Source: Polyangiaceae bacterium
GTDB lineage: Bacteria > Myxococcota_A > Polyangia > Polyangiales > Polyangiaceae
Reading direction: 5' to 3'
NCBI GenBank assembly: GCA_033763455.1
Contig: JANRKO010000033.1
Coordinates: 96,001 to 160,000 of the forward strand
DNA length: 64,000 nucleotides
Each line of letters starts with the position of its first letter. The first letter of the stretch is position 1. Both the position numbers and the translations under genes were made by a program. Under the pieces are notes generated by a model. The model had not been told where the DNA came from. It saw only the letters and a program-made list of their open reading frames with translations, and ran no database searches. This document shows positions 9,504 through 18,487 of the stretch, piece after piece.

Positions 9504-10580
9504 TCAGGGCCCGCCGCCCGCGCCGCCCGCGCCCGCGCCGCCCATGGCGAGCGGAGGGCAGGTAGGACTGGTCGGCTTTACCGGCACTGCGCTCACCAAA
9601 GCGCTCGCTGGCACGGTTGCAAAAGTGTTCTCGGAAGGCAGCGTCCAACGGATCTCCCAATGATCAACACCCAAGTTAGCTCGATGAAAGAAGTCAAAAT
9701 AGTAAAGATTATCTTTAATCATCGGCACCGCTTGGGATTTTTGCCCGGGAACGTTAAATGTGTCAGGTGACGTGTAGTAATCAACCGCAACCACAGCGCG
9801 CGCCTGGGTTCTGACTGAAACATTTTGCCCCGGCGGCACCACGGTGCTGATGTACAACTCGCCACCGTTTGAAGAAGTTAACCAAAAAATGAAATTGCCG
9901 GTTGCTGGTGCCTTGATAAACCCACGCACGCGTTCTCCATAGTTGTCGCCGTAATCGGTTGGGATCAGGGGGTCCTCAGGCGAGTGGCTCTTTAGACCAT
10001 TGACCATTTGGCCAACCAGCGTGGGGTTGTCGGGGAAGTTGGGAGAGAAGGCACAGTTGGTAAAGGAAGCTACTTGGTCGTGGTTGCCCATGTAGCCAGG
10101 CAGAGGTACATCCGCCCAGAATTCGCGGAGAGCTGTTCCCGGCGAACCCAAGCCCACCACACCACCACACCCCAATTCAGGCCCACATCCGTTCTCTCCA
10201 CTATCACGCCTCGTCAGGTTCACATTTCCAGGATCGGGTAGAGTGCCTCCCGAAGAACTCCCTCCTGACAAGGTTCCACCAACTCCACCGACGCCGCCCT
10301 GTGCAGGAGCACCTCCCAACGAAGCGCCACCCACCGATGCCCCTCCAGAGCCACCGCTTGGAGCGGCTCCCCCAACTCCTGTTTGATCGCCCCGACCCCC
10401 AACGCCGGCCGCAGGCGCCCCGCCGGAAGCTACCGTTTGGCTCCCACCGCTCCCGCCTTGCCCCTCAGAGGGATTCAGGCCCCCGTAGCGCGAGCCGTTG
10501 CTCGCCGACGGATCAGCACACGCATACACCACTGCAACGGCCATCGATCCACCAACCAACAACTTGAATGCGCGCGCCAT
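9504..10580 (-). CDS. PA14-domain lipoprotein with Gly-rich linker
   Basis: Lipobox VVYAC; long Gly/Ser/Ala linker; PA14-type segment DNYGERVRGFIKAPATGNFIFWLTSSNGGELYIS. Confidence 0.7.
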   Translation of the reverse strand: MARAFKLLVGGSMAVAVVYACADPSASNGSRYGGLNPSEGQGGSGGSQTVASGGAPAAGVGGRGDQTGVGGAAPSGGSGGASVGGASLGGAPAQGGVGGVGGTLSGGSSSGGTLPDPGNVNLTRRDSGENGCGPELGCGGVVGLGSPGTALREFWADVPLPGYMGNHDQVASFTNCAFSPNFPDNPTLVGQMVNGLKSHSPEDPLIPTDYGDNYGERVRGFIKAPATGNFIFWLTSSNGGELYISTVVPPGQNVSVRTQARAVVAVDYYTSPDTFNVPGQKSQAVPMIKDNLYYFDFFHRANLGVDHWEIRWTLPSENTFATVPASALVSAVPVKPTSPTCPPLAMGGAGAGGAGGGP

Positions 10581-10805
10581 GTTACCGCCAAGGTATGCTT
10601 CGGACTGTCGGGCGAGGCTGGCCCCGCCGCTTTCGACTATTGCTCAAACCACCACACGCGTCCCTTACAAGAGATGCGCTGATTTGTGGCAAGAGTTGCC
10701 CGCCCATGATCCAACGGTAAGGCGTGATCGGCATGCGCAAGTGATCGGAAATTGCTCCATCGATGTTTGGATAATGGACGTCACCGAATGGGTTGGATGC
10801 CCTCC

Positions 10806-10832
10806 CAAGCTGCCGCTTTGCGCGGCAGCTTG
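10806..10832. terminator. Inverted repeat with 11-bp perfect stem, downstream of the SDR gene
   Basis: caagctgccgc-tttgc-gcggcagcttg; no clear U-tract, so terminator function is uncertain. Confidence 0.35.
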
Positions 10833-10942
10833 CCCCTCACCAAGCGTCTCCCTGCGCGGGAGCCGCGGGCGGGGCTGGGTGCCATCGCGCTCGCCTCAGA
10901 AAGTCGAATCCTCTTACACGCTCTCGAACGAGGAGCAAGCCG

Positions 10943-11713
10943 TCAGCGTGCAGTAAACCCACCGTCGATAAGTAGCGTCGCACCCGTAATCATAGCGGCG
11001 AGGGGTGATGCCAAAAATACTACGGCTCCCGCCACATCCGTGGGCTCGCCCACGCGCCCGAGTGGGATGTTAGCCAAGAGCTCCTGCCGGAAGCTCTCAT
11101 TTTCAAGCCACTTAACGGTACCTGGGGTGCGAATAAACGTGGGAGCCACCGCGTTCACATGGATGTTGTGTTTGCCCCACTCAACGGCCAAACAACGGGT
11201 AAGATGGGAAATGGCGGCCTTAGTCATGCAATAAACAGATTCGGTGGGCAGCCCCACAAATCCTGCTTGCGAGCTCAGATTGATGATGCGCCCGCTCCCT
11301 GCTTGGATCATGTGGCGGCCCACCTCTTGGCTCACGAAAAATGTTCCCTTCAGATTCACGCCAATTGTGAGATCGAAGTCAGCTTCCGTAACGGATTCGG
11401 CAGGGTTCGGCGGGCCAAGGCCCGCGTTGTTCACCAAAATATCAATCCTACCGAAATGCTCAACGGCTTGCTTGACCGCACTTCTGATTTGATCCAGATG
11501 CAGCACATCCATCTGAAGCGGCAAGGTACGGCGCCCTAGAGCTGTGATGGCATCCACCAGCGCTCCGCCGGAATCTAGGTCACGCAAGCCAAGCGCGACA
11601 TCCGCCCCAGCCTCGGCTAGTGCGAGGGCACAAGCCTGCCCAATGCCCCGCGCAGCTCCCGTTACCAAAGCGACCTGGCCGCTGAGATCAATGCCTGAAA
11701 TACTGGATGTCAT
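10943..11713 (-). CDS. Short-chain dehydrogenase/reductase (KduD/gluconate 5-dehydrogenase-like)
   Basis: TGAARGIG, NNAG, catalytic YCMTK, GATLLIDGG. Confidence 0.85.
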   Translation of the reverse strand: MTSSISGIDLSGQVALVTGAARGIGQACALALAEAGADVALGLRDLDSGGALVDAITALGRRTLPLQMDVLHLDQIRSAVKQAVEHFGRIDILVNNAGLGPPNPAESVTEADFDLTIGVNLKGTFFVSQEVGRHMIQAGSGRIINLSSQAGFVGLPTESVYCMTKAAISHLTRCLAVEWGKHNIHVNAVAPTFIRTPGTVKWLENESFRQELLANIPLGRVGEPTDVAGAVVFLASPLAAMITGATLLIDGGFTAR

Positions 11714-11725
11714 GGTTTGGTTGTT

Positions 11726-14170
11726 CTAACGCGGAGCCGCTTCCAGTGCGCGCCGATAGCGTTCACGGCGAGATGGGTCACTGAGAATTTCGTGCGCTTC
11801 TTCTAGCACTTCCAAGATGCTGTCCACGGATGAACGCAAGTCGAGCGTCTTGGGGGTGAGAACGGCTTCTGGCTCGAACTGCTTGCGAAGCTCAAGGTAG
11901 GCTTTTTGGATATCGTAGCTTGTGGCGCTACGGCCCACCCCAAGGACCGCGAAATAGTCTCCCTGCTCTACTAGGGCTAAGCGTGAGAGGACGCGCGCGC
12001 GCAATACTTCAGCGTCGAGGGCATCTTCCCGGACGGGTTCCGAGGGCACTACCTTCCTGAACACACGCTGGACATTGGCAATTGGTTGTTCACCTGTGGC
12101 TGAGATAACTCCGAGAGCTTTCAAGGCGTACAGAGCGGATGCCGCATCAGCCCCCGTGCGTTCAAGGAAATCTCCCAGGCGGATCCGTTCGAGTTGGCGA
12201 AGCTCGCTCTGCAAGGGTTCTTCAAGGGCGCACTCGCCAAGCAAATGCCACTCTGGGCCTCTTTCGAGCGTAACACCTGGACCGCCTAGCTGCGCCAACG
12301 CTCGCTTAGGCTCCACTGCGCGGCGCACGAGCTCGACCAAAACTTCAGCGCCTGTAGCGCCACCGAAGACAGCTGGTTCTTCCCGCAAACGCTCCGCAAC
12401 ATTCGCCTCTAGAGTGAGCTTGCACGAGCCCATTCCGATCAGACCAATCAGAAGCCACTCAGCGTGCGCCCGGAGGGCACTCCAAAGTTCGTCCTGCCTC
12501 AGATGCCCATGCGCAATCAGCGCCGCGCCCGCATGACGGCCAAAATGTGGCAAGCGGTGCCCCACTTGAAGCGCGGACTCAGGCGAAATCGAACCCCGCT
12601 GGACGAGGAAAGCGACCAATGACTCGCTCTGAGCGGCCGAGGCCACAATGACCAAATCTCCCTCACGGAACACGACTCTTCGAAGCCCGGTACCCGGATC
12701 CAAAGCGAGCGCTCCCGTGTATCGTGTTTGAATGAGGTGGCCCAAAGTTCCGATGAGATCTTGAGGTGCCACGCTGCTTTTCGCAGATTCGGAGCCACGC
12801 ATGGCAGGAACAGAACGCGACCTCGGAGAGCCAGTGACGTGCCGGGGTGTGTCGGGCATCTCGGTGGGGTGAGGCGCCGGGGTGTCCGCCGGCCACTTCG
12901 ACGAAACGCCCGTAGCGGTAACGCTCTGGCGGCGCGGCGGCGTGGTGGAAGTTGCCTCGTCGCGACGCGCTTCAGGTGGATGGAGGCGCGATGCAGGCGA
13001 CGAATCCGTACGTGCCGTCTGCTTGGGTGTCACGCTTTCCCAGGCGACGGAGGCCACCGGGCCTGAGTTCTGTTCGATAGCAGTGCGACCTTCGCTCAGT
13101 GGGATTTCAGAGGCCAACTTGCGATTCTCGAGGAGCCCCAAATCCGAAAGCCTTTGAGGGGGAGGCGTAGTCACGGCTTTTCGTGGATCTGGAGCTTCCG
13201 GTTCACGCCGGCCAGGAACCGGCGCCGGCGTTCCAGCGTCCGAACGACCCGCGTTCGAACCATCCGATTCGAGGGCTGCAGGAACTTCCGACACGGCCTG
13301 CTCTTCCCGCACCGAACCTCTGCCGTCGGAAGTGCCGTGAAGATGACCTGTAGTGATGGGGTTGGCGAAGCCGCCATCTTCGTCGAGATCTAAGCCCTCA
13401 TCGAGCCCGGCCAAGATGTCAGCGGGAAGCACCGCATCCACCTCCGCCTCGGGCTGAAGCCGCCGGGTACGGGTAACCAATGCCGGTGGCAATTCACCGA
13501 GGCGTGCCTCAGCTTCTGCCAAGAGCTCAACGAGCTGTTCGCTCATTTCGGACTCAGGAATAAATGCCAACGCATCCTTGGCTGGACGCTCCGCTCCTGC
13601 TGCGGGTGGAGTGACTGAGCGAGGTGATTTTGGCCCCATGAATGCGGGCGGTGTGCTCGCGTGGAGCACCTCCGACCCGCCTTCATAGCGGTACGGCTTT
13701 CGTGCCGACGCCACGAGTACGGGTGAACGCGAAAGAGCGTGGGGAGGTGCGGCTGAAACGCGCGCTTGCGGGGGACCCACCAGCGCCTCCACTTTGCGCA
13801 ACAATGACGGCACATCCACAGGACGCACGAAAGCTCCGCTTGCTTCGTGAAACAGGGCGTCCGCCTGAGCGTCCAACGTTCGCCCAGGCTCACCGATGAA
13901 AATCACTTCCACGCTCTCGCCTCCCCTCACCTCGCGTAAGCGCGCGATCGTGTCCAGCGCATCCGTCGCGTCGACGTCACAAAGGATCAGCGCTGGACGC
14001 TGCGCCGCCAGGCGCCCGATCAAAAGGCCCAGCGGAACATCCACCACCTGATAGCCGCGCTGCCGCAAGGCCTCCGTGAAACGCTCCGCTTCCGCGGACG
14101 CATCGCTGACGAAGATCGGCGCATCACCGCCGGGCTTGCCGCTCAGCTCGGAGGCGGGAACTTCGGACAT
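11726..14170 (-). CDS. Degenerate receiver + Pro-rich linker + DUF4388-like + J-like domain protein
   Basis: N-terminal receiver-like ..PALILCDV..FVRPVD; TGALAL..RRVVFREGDLV..SESLVAFLVQRG (DUF4388-like); C-terminal DYFAVLGV..DIQKAYLELRKQFEPE..EAHEILSDPSRRERY (J-like). Confidence 0.7.
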   Translation of the reverse strand: MSEVPASELSGKPGGDAPIFVSDASAEAERFTEALRQRGYQVVDVPLGLLIGRLAAQRPALILCDVDATDALDTIARLREVRGGESVEVIFIGEPGRTLDAQADALFHEASGAFVRPVDVPSLLRKVEALVGPPQARVSAAPPHALSRSPVLVASARKPYRYEGGSEVLHASTPPAFMGPKSPRSVTPPAAGAERPAKDALAFIPESEMSEQLVELLAEAEARLGELPPALVTRTRRLQPEAEVDAVLPADILAGLDEGLDLDEDGGFANPITTGHLHGTSDGRGSVREEQAVSEVPAALESDGSNAGRSDAGTPAPVPGRREPEAPDPRKAVTTPPPQRLSDLGLLENRKLASEIPLSEGRTAIEQNSGPVASVAWESVTPKQTARTDSSPASRLHPPEARRDEATSTTPPRRQSVTATGVSSKWPADTPAPHPTEMPDTPRHVTGSPRSRSVPAMRGSESAKSSVAPQDLIGTLGHLIQTRYTGALALDPGTGLRRVVFREGDLVIVASAAQSESLVAFLVQRGSISPESALQVGHRLPHFGRHAGAALIAHGHLRQDELWSALRAHAEWLLIGLIGMGSCKLTLEANVAERLREEPAVFGGATGAEVLVELVRRAVEPKRALAQLGGPGVTLERGPEWHLLGECALEEPLQSELRQLERIRLGDFLERTGADAASALYALKALGVISATGEQPIANVQRVFRKVVPSEPVREDALDAEVLRARVLSRLALVEQGDYFAVLGVGRSATSYDIQKAYLELRKQFEPEAVLTPKTLDLRSSVDSILEVLEEAHEILSDPSRRERYRRALEAAPR

Positions 14171-14226
14171 GCGGGAAGGTTAATCAATTGCTAACCTGGC
14201 CGGCTACCAATTCGGCACGCCGCACC

Positions 14227-14346
14227 TCAGCGGCCGCCCCAAAACCGACCCACGGCACGGCCGAGGCGCTCCCAGAGCGGCACGGAAAACACCGCGAACA
14301 GCATGAAGCCGACCACTATCAACTCGCCCCGGGTAAACTGGAACAT
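14227..14346 (-). CDS. 39-aa small membrane protein, TatA/B-like architecture (not in ORF track)
   Basis: Manual translation MFQFTRGELIVVGFMLFAVFSVPLWERLGRAVGRFWGGR*; hydrophobic helix followed by amphipathic LGRAVGRF; occupies the intergenic gap. Confidence 0.5.
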   Translation of the reverse strand: MFQFTRGELIVVGFMLFAVFSVPLWERLGRAVGRFWGGR

Positions 14347-14387
14347 GACCTCAGACAGAGCCTAGCCTAAGGTGGGGTGCCCTCCAC

Positions 14388-14894
14388 ATGCCCGACCGCG
14401 ATTTTGTTCTAGGCCTCGGCACCAACTTGGGGAATCGCACCTTGAACCTCGTCCAGGCCGTTCAAGCAGTGGCCCCGCTCGGGACCCTTCTGAAGGCATC
14501 GGGGCTTTTTGAAACGCCCCCGGTCGGGCCCCCTCAGCCGGATTACCTGAACGCAGCGCTGCTTTTTCGATCCGGTCTCGGGCCCGGGGTGTTGATGGAA
14601 GGCCTGCTGGGGGTGGAGGTTGCGTTGGGACGCGTCCGCAACGAGCGCTGGGGTCCTCGAGTGATCGACTTGGATCTGCTCTGGTCGCCCGGTTTGGTGT
14701 TGTCCGAGTCAAACTTGGTCCTGCCGCACCCCGCCTTGTGTGAAAGGCCATTCGCTTTGCAGCCACTCCTGGAGGTCGCGCCCGATGCTTCGGACCCTCT
14801 GAGCGGGCGGACCTACCGCGACATTCTGGGCTCGCTGGGAGCCGCTCCACTTTACCCCTTGGCTGGAACCGAATTTGGGGCGTGGATTCGCTAG
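14388..14894 (+). CDS. folK: 2-amino-4-hydroxy-6-hydroxymethyldihydropteridine diphosphokinase
   Basis: LGLGTNLG, QPDYLNA, RWGPRVIDLDLL, LPHP..ERPF. Confidence 0.95.
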   Translation: MPDRDFVLGLGTNLGNRTLNLVQAVQAVAPLGTLLKASGLFETPPVGPPQPDYLNAALLFRSGLGPGVLMEGLLGVEVALGRVRNERWGPRVIDLDLLWSPGLVLSESNLVLPHPALCERPFALQPLLEVAPDASDPLSGRTYRDILGSLGAAPLYPLAGTEFGAWIR

Positions 14895-14984
14895 ACCACC
14901 GCACCTCGGGGTGATAGGAGGCGCTCCGCTTGCTGCGGGTTTTGCATCTGCGGCAACTGAGTTGAAGGCAGGAAAACCAAGGAC

Positions 14985-15488
14985 ATGGGCCTGATGAGCG
15001 TTGATCTGAGCAGCTTGAAAATCGGCTTCGTGGGGCACGTCGTCGGTGCCGGCGGTGTCACGGTGGATTTCGACCGAACCGTGCTGGTGCAAATGGTTCT
15101 CTTCACGCTGCTGCTGCTCGTGTTGGAGCCCTTGCTGTTCCGACCGATGCTGAAAGTGTTTGCCCTACGGGAGGCGAAGACAGAGGGAGCGCGCGACGAG
15201 GCTCGTGAGCTTCAGGAACGCGCAGGTGAGCTTCTGCGGAAGTACGAAAGCGAACTGCTCCGCGTCAACCAGGTTGCCACCGAAGAGCGCGAGCGCCTCC
15301 GCGCCGAAACCACCAAGCTGGAAGCCCAAATCCTCGAAGAGGGGCGCCAGAGCACCGCTAAGCTGATTGAGGAGGGGCGAGCCCGCGTGCGACAGGAGAT
15401 CGATCGAATTCAGTTCGATTTGGGGCGCCAAACCGAACAAATCAGTCGCCAAGTCGCGGCTCAGGTTCTCGGCCGGGAGGTCAACTAA
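14985..15488 (+). CDS. atpF: F0F1 ATP synthase subunit b'
   Basis: N-terminal TM (VLVQMVLFTLLLLVLEPLLFRPM) plus charged coiled coil; first gene of the atp cluster; start uncertain. Confidence 0.8.
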   Translation: MGLMSVDLSSLKIGFVGHVVGAGGVTVDFDRTVLVQMVLFTLLLLVLEPLLFRPMLKVFALREAKTEGARDEARELQERAGELLRKYESELLRVNQVATEERERLRAETTKLEAQILEEGRQSTAKLIEEGRARVRQEIDRIQFDLGRQTEQISRQVAAQVLGREVN

Positions 15489-15489
15489 A

Positions 15490-16233
15490 ATGGCTCTACT
15501 TCGGCACATTGCGCTCGCGGGCCTGCTTCTTAGCCTTGCGCCATTCAACGTGCGCTCGGCGTACGCGGATGAAGCAGCTGCTGAGGGCGAACACGCGGCG
15601 GGCGAACACGGCGCCTCCGAACACGGCGAAGGACATCACGCTCCGAGCTTTGACGACGTAAACTGGTTCTACGGCTTCATCGGCGAAGACGCGGACGTTG
15701 AGCCCAACTTGCTGTGGCGCAAGCCAGGAATGCCCATTCCCGTGGGAGTCCTCGTGCTCAACACCGGGATCCTGTTCTTCTTGATCTACAAATTTGGCAA
15801 GCAACCCATCGCAAAAGCGCTGAAAGATCGCCGTGCCGGTATCGTCAAAGGTATCGAGGAAGCTGCCAAGATGAAGGCCGAAGCCGAAGCATCGTTCTTG
15901 GCCTACGAGCAAAAGCTGCAGCAGATTGACGCGCAGATCGAGCGCGTCCGCCGCGAGATGCGCGAAATGGGCGAAGCCGAACGCGAGCGCATCCTTGAAG
16001 AGGCGCGTGAACGCCGGCAGCGGATGGAGCGTGAAGCTAAAGTGCTGATTGATCAGGAAATCAAGGCAGCTCGCGAGCGGCTTCACCGTGAAGTTGTTGA
16101 AAATGCCTTCCGCACGGCACTCACAACTCTCGAGAAGCAGGTCACCAGTGCGGATCACCAGCGCATCGGCCAAGCCTACATCACCACCGTGGCGCAAGCC
16201 TCCGCGGTGTTCTCGAAAGGAGGCCAATCATGA
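15490..16233 (+). CDS. atpF: F0F1 ATP synthase subunit b with signal-like, His-rich N-terminal extension
   Basis: ATG 15490 just after the b' stop; LNTGILFFLIYKFGKQPI TM followed by coiled coil; lies upstream of atpH. Confidence 0.85.
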   Translation: MALLRHIALAGLLLSLAPFNVRSAYADEAAAEGEHAAGEHGASEHGEGHHAPSFDDVNWFYGFIGEDADVEPNLLWRKPGMPIPVGVLVLNTGILFFLIYKFGKQPIAKALKDRRAGIVKGIEEAAKMKAEAEASFLAYEQKLQQIDAQIERVRREMREMGEAERERILEEARERRQRMEREAKVLIDQEIKAARERLHREVVENAFRTALTTLEKQVTSADHQRIGQAYITTVAQASAVFSKGGQS

Positions 16234-16775
16234 GCCTCTCTAAAGTCGCTGACCGCTACGCCCAAGCCATCTTCGACCTGGGCCAAGAGCGCGGGCAACT
16301 CCCGCAAATGACGCGGGAACTTCGCAGTTTTTCAGATGCATTCATGCAGAGCGAGAGCCTCCGGGCCACGCTTGCGAACCCGCTTGTAACCGCAGCCCAG
16401 CGCCAATCCGTGTTGGTAACGCTCGCCGCAAAGCTGGGGCTAAGCCAGCTGACGTTGAACGCGATTCGAGTGGTCGCGCTGCGGCACCGGCTAGACGCGC
16501 TCGACGACATTGCGCAGCGCCTGGAACAACTCGCTGACACGCAAGCGGGCATCGTTCGCGCGACGGTCACCAGTGCGGCGGCGCTTGCTCCTGATTTCTT
16601 GGCTCAGCTTACCCGAGCCTTGGAAACCTCAACGGGCAAGAAAGTGCTCGTCGAAAGCCACGTTGACCCGAGCCTGATCGCCGGAATCACGACCCGAATC
16701 CGCGATAACACCATCGATGGCAGCCTCAAGGGGCGCCTATCCGATCTTCAGAAAAAGCTACTTCAGGCGTCCTAA
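16230..16775 (+). CDS. atpH: F0F1 ATP synthase subunit delta
   Basis: VADRYAQAIF, ATVTSA, VDPSLIAGI..IDGSLKGRL. Confidence 0.95.
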   Translation: MSLSKVADRYAQAIFDLGQERGQLPQMTRELRSFSDAFMQSESLRATLANPLVTAAQRQSVLVTLAAKLGLSQLTLNAIRVVALRHRLDALDDIAQRLEQLADTQAGIVRATVTSAAALAPDFLAQLTRALETSTGKKVLVESHVDPSLIAGITTRIRDNTIDGSLKGRLSDLQKKLLQAS

Positions 16776-16805
16776 CCGCGCCCCCAACCTACCGGAATAC
16801 TTATC

Positions 16806-18485
16806 ATGCAGCTCAGCGCCGACGAAATCTCATCGATCATCAAGCAACAGATCCAAAACTTCGATCAGACCGCTCTGGTCACCGAAACGGGCACGGTGCT
16901 CACCAGCGGTGACGGTATCGCACGCGTACACGGCTTGAGTGCCGCTATGGCTGGTGAGCTTGTGGAGTTCGCTGGGGGTATCTACGGGCTTGTGCTCAAC
17001 CTTGAGCAGGACAACGTGGGCGTTGCAGTGCTCGGTGAGTCTCGCGAAATCAAAGAGGGCGACCCAGTCAAGCGTACGGGACGCATCGCTGACATCGCGG
17101 TTGGCGATGCCATTTTGGGTCGCGTTGTGAACGCGCTCGGGCAGCCCATTGATGGCAAGGGCCCTATCGAAAGCAAGGATCGCCGACGCATCGAGGTAAA
17201 GGCTCCGGGCATCATCGCTCGCCAGTCTGTGAAAGAGCCGATGCAAACCGGGTTGAAAGCCATCGACGCAATGATTCCCGTGGGTCGCGGGCAGCGCGAG
17301 CTCATCATTGGGGACCGCCAAACCGGCAAAACGGCTATCGCCATCGACACCATTATCAATCAGAAGGGCAAAGGCGTTTACTGCGTCTATGTCGCCATCG
17401 GGCAAAAGGCCTCCACCGTAGCTCAGCTCGTCGATAAGCTGCGCGCGGCAGGAGCGCTTGAGTACACCACGGTCGTTGTCGCAACGGCCACCGAAACCGC
17501 GCCGCTGCAATTCCTGGCTCCGTACACCGGCGTCACGATCGGCGAATTTTTCCGAGACACAGGGCGCCACGCGCTTTGCATCTACGACGATCTCTCCAAG
17601 CAAGCCGTCGCTTATCGCCAGCTCTCGTTGCTACTGCGACGTCCCCCGGGTCGCGAAGCTTACCCCGGTGACGTTTTCTACATTCACTCCCGCCTGCTTG
17701 AGCGCGCCGCCAAGATGGCTGAGCGCTGGTTCGTGGTGGCTAAGGGCACGAGCGTAAAGGCCGGAGATCCGGACTTCGTAGGCGTAGACGGCAAAGCGCA
17801 CATTGGCAGCGAAGGCAAAGAAGGCGCCGAGAAAGCCCTCGCAGCACGGGCAGATAAGGACAACCTAGAGGTCGCCAAAGATCCGTTCTCTGGTGGTTCA
17901 CTTACAGCGCTGCCGATTGTTGAAACCCAGGCCGGCGACGTTTCAGCCTACATCCCCACCAACGTAATCTCGATCACGGACGGACAGATCTTCCTGGAAA
18001 GCGACCTTTTTTACTCGGGCGTGCGTCCCGCGATTAACGTGGGCATTTCCGTAAGCCGCGTGGGTGGCAACGCCCAAATCAAGGCCATGAAGAAGATCTC
18101 GGGCACCCTTCGCCTCGATCTCGCTCAGTACCGCGAAAAAGCAGCTTTTGCTCAGTTCGCGAGCGACCTCGATGCGGCTACGCGAGCGCAGTTGGAACGC
18201 GGGCAAAGGCTCGTCGAGTTGCTGAAGCAGGGGCAGTACCAGCCGCTCTCGATCGAGAAGCAGGTAGTAATCATCTACGCAGGTACTCAAGGGTTCGTGG
18301 ACAAAGTGCCGGTTGAAGCCCTTCGAGCGTACGAAGCCGAGCTCTACCTCTACCTCGAAGAGAAGCACTCAAGCGTGCTCCCTAGCATCGCCGACAAACG
18401 CGAAATCACCGATAGCATTAAGAAAGACCTCGACGCCGCGCTCAAGGCGTTCACCGAAAACTTCGTCGCCAGCCGGAAAGCGTAA
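16806..18485 (+). CDS. atpA: F0F1 ATP synthase subunit alpha, with large internal insertion
   Basis: GDRQTGKT P-loop, [28 protein letters not shown]. Confidence 0.99.
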   Translation: MQLSADEISSIIKQQIQNFDQTALVTETGTVLTSGDGIARVHGLSAAMAGELVEFAGGIYGLVLNLEQDNVGVAVLGESREIKEGDPVKRTGRIADIAVGDAILGRVVNALGQPIDGKGPIESKDRRRIEVKAPGIIARQSVKEPMQTGLKAIDAMIPVGRGQRELIIGDRQTGKTAIAIDTIINQKGKGVYCVYVAIGQKASTVAQLVDKLRAAGALEYTTVVVATATETAPLQFLAPYTGVTIGEFFRDTGRHALCIYDDLSKQAVAYRQLSLLLRRPPGREAYPGDVFYIHSRLLERAAKMAERWFVVAKGTSVKAGDPDFVGVDGKAHIGSEGKEGAEKALAARADKDNLEVAKDPFSGGSLTALPIVETQAGDVSAYIPTNVISITDGQIFLESDLFYSGVRPAINVGISVSRVGGNAQIKAMKKISGTLRLDLAQYREKAAFAQFASDLDAATRAQLERGQRLVELLKQGQYQPLSIEKQVVIIYAGTQGFVDKVPVEALRAYEAELYLYLEEKHSSVLPSIADKREITDSIKKDLDAALKAFTENFVASRKA

Positions 18486-18487
18486 TC

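Noticed and set aside
10230..10470. Low-complexity GC-rich tract as a DNA repeat element
   Set aside because: Explained by the Gly-rich linker of the PA14 lipoprotein
15496..17603. Long antisense ORFs opposite atpF and atpA (also 55924-56673 and 57511-58230)
   Set aside because: Shadow ORFs caused by GC-rich codon bias opposite well-supported genes; no recognisable motifs
17715..17891. AtpA insertion as an intein
   Set aside because: Too short, and lacks the N-terminal Cys/Ser and C-terminal His-Asn splice motifs
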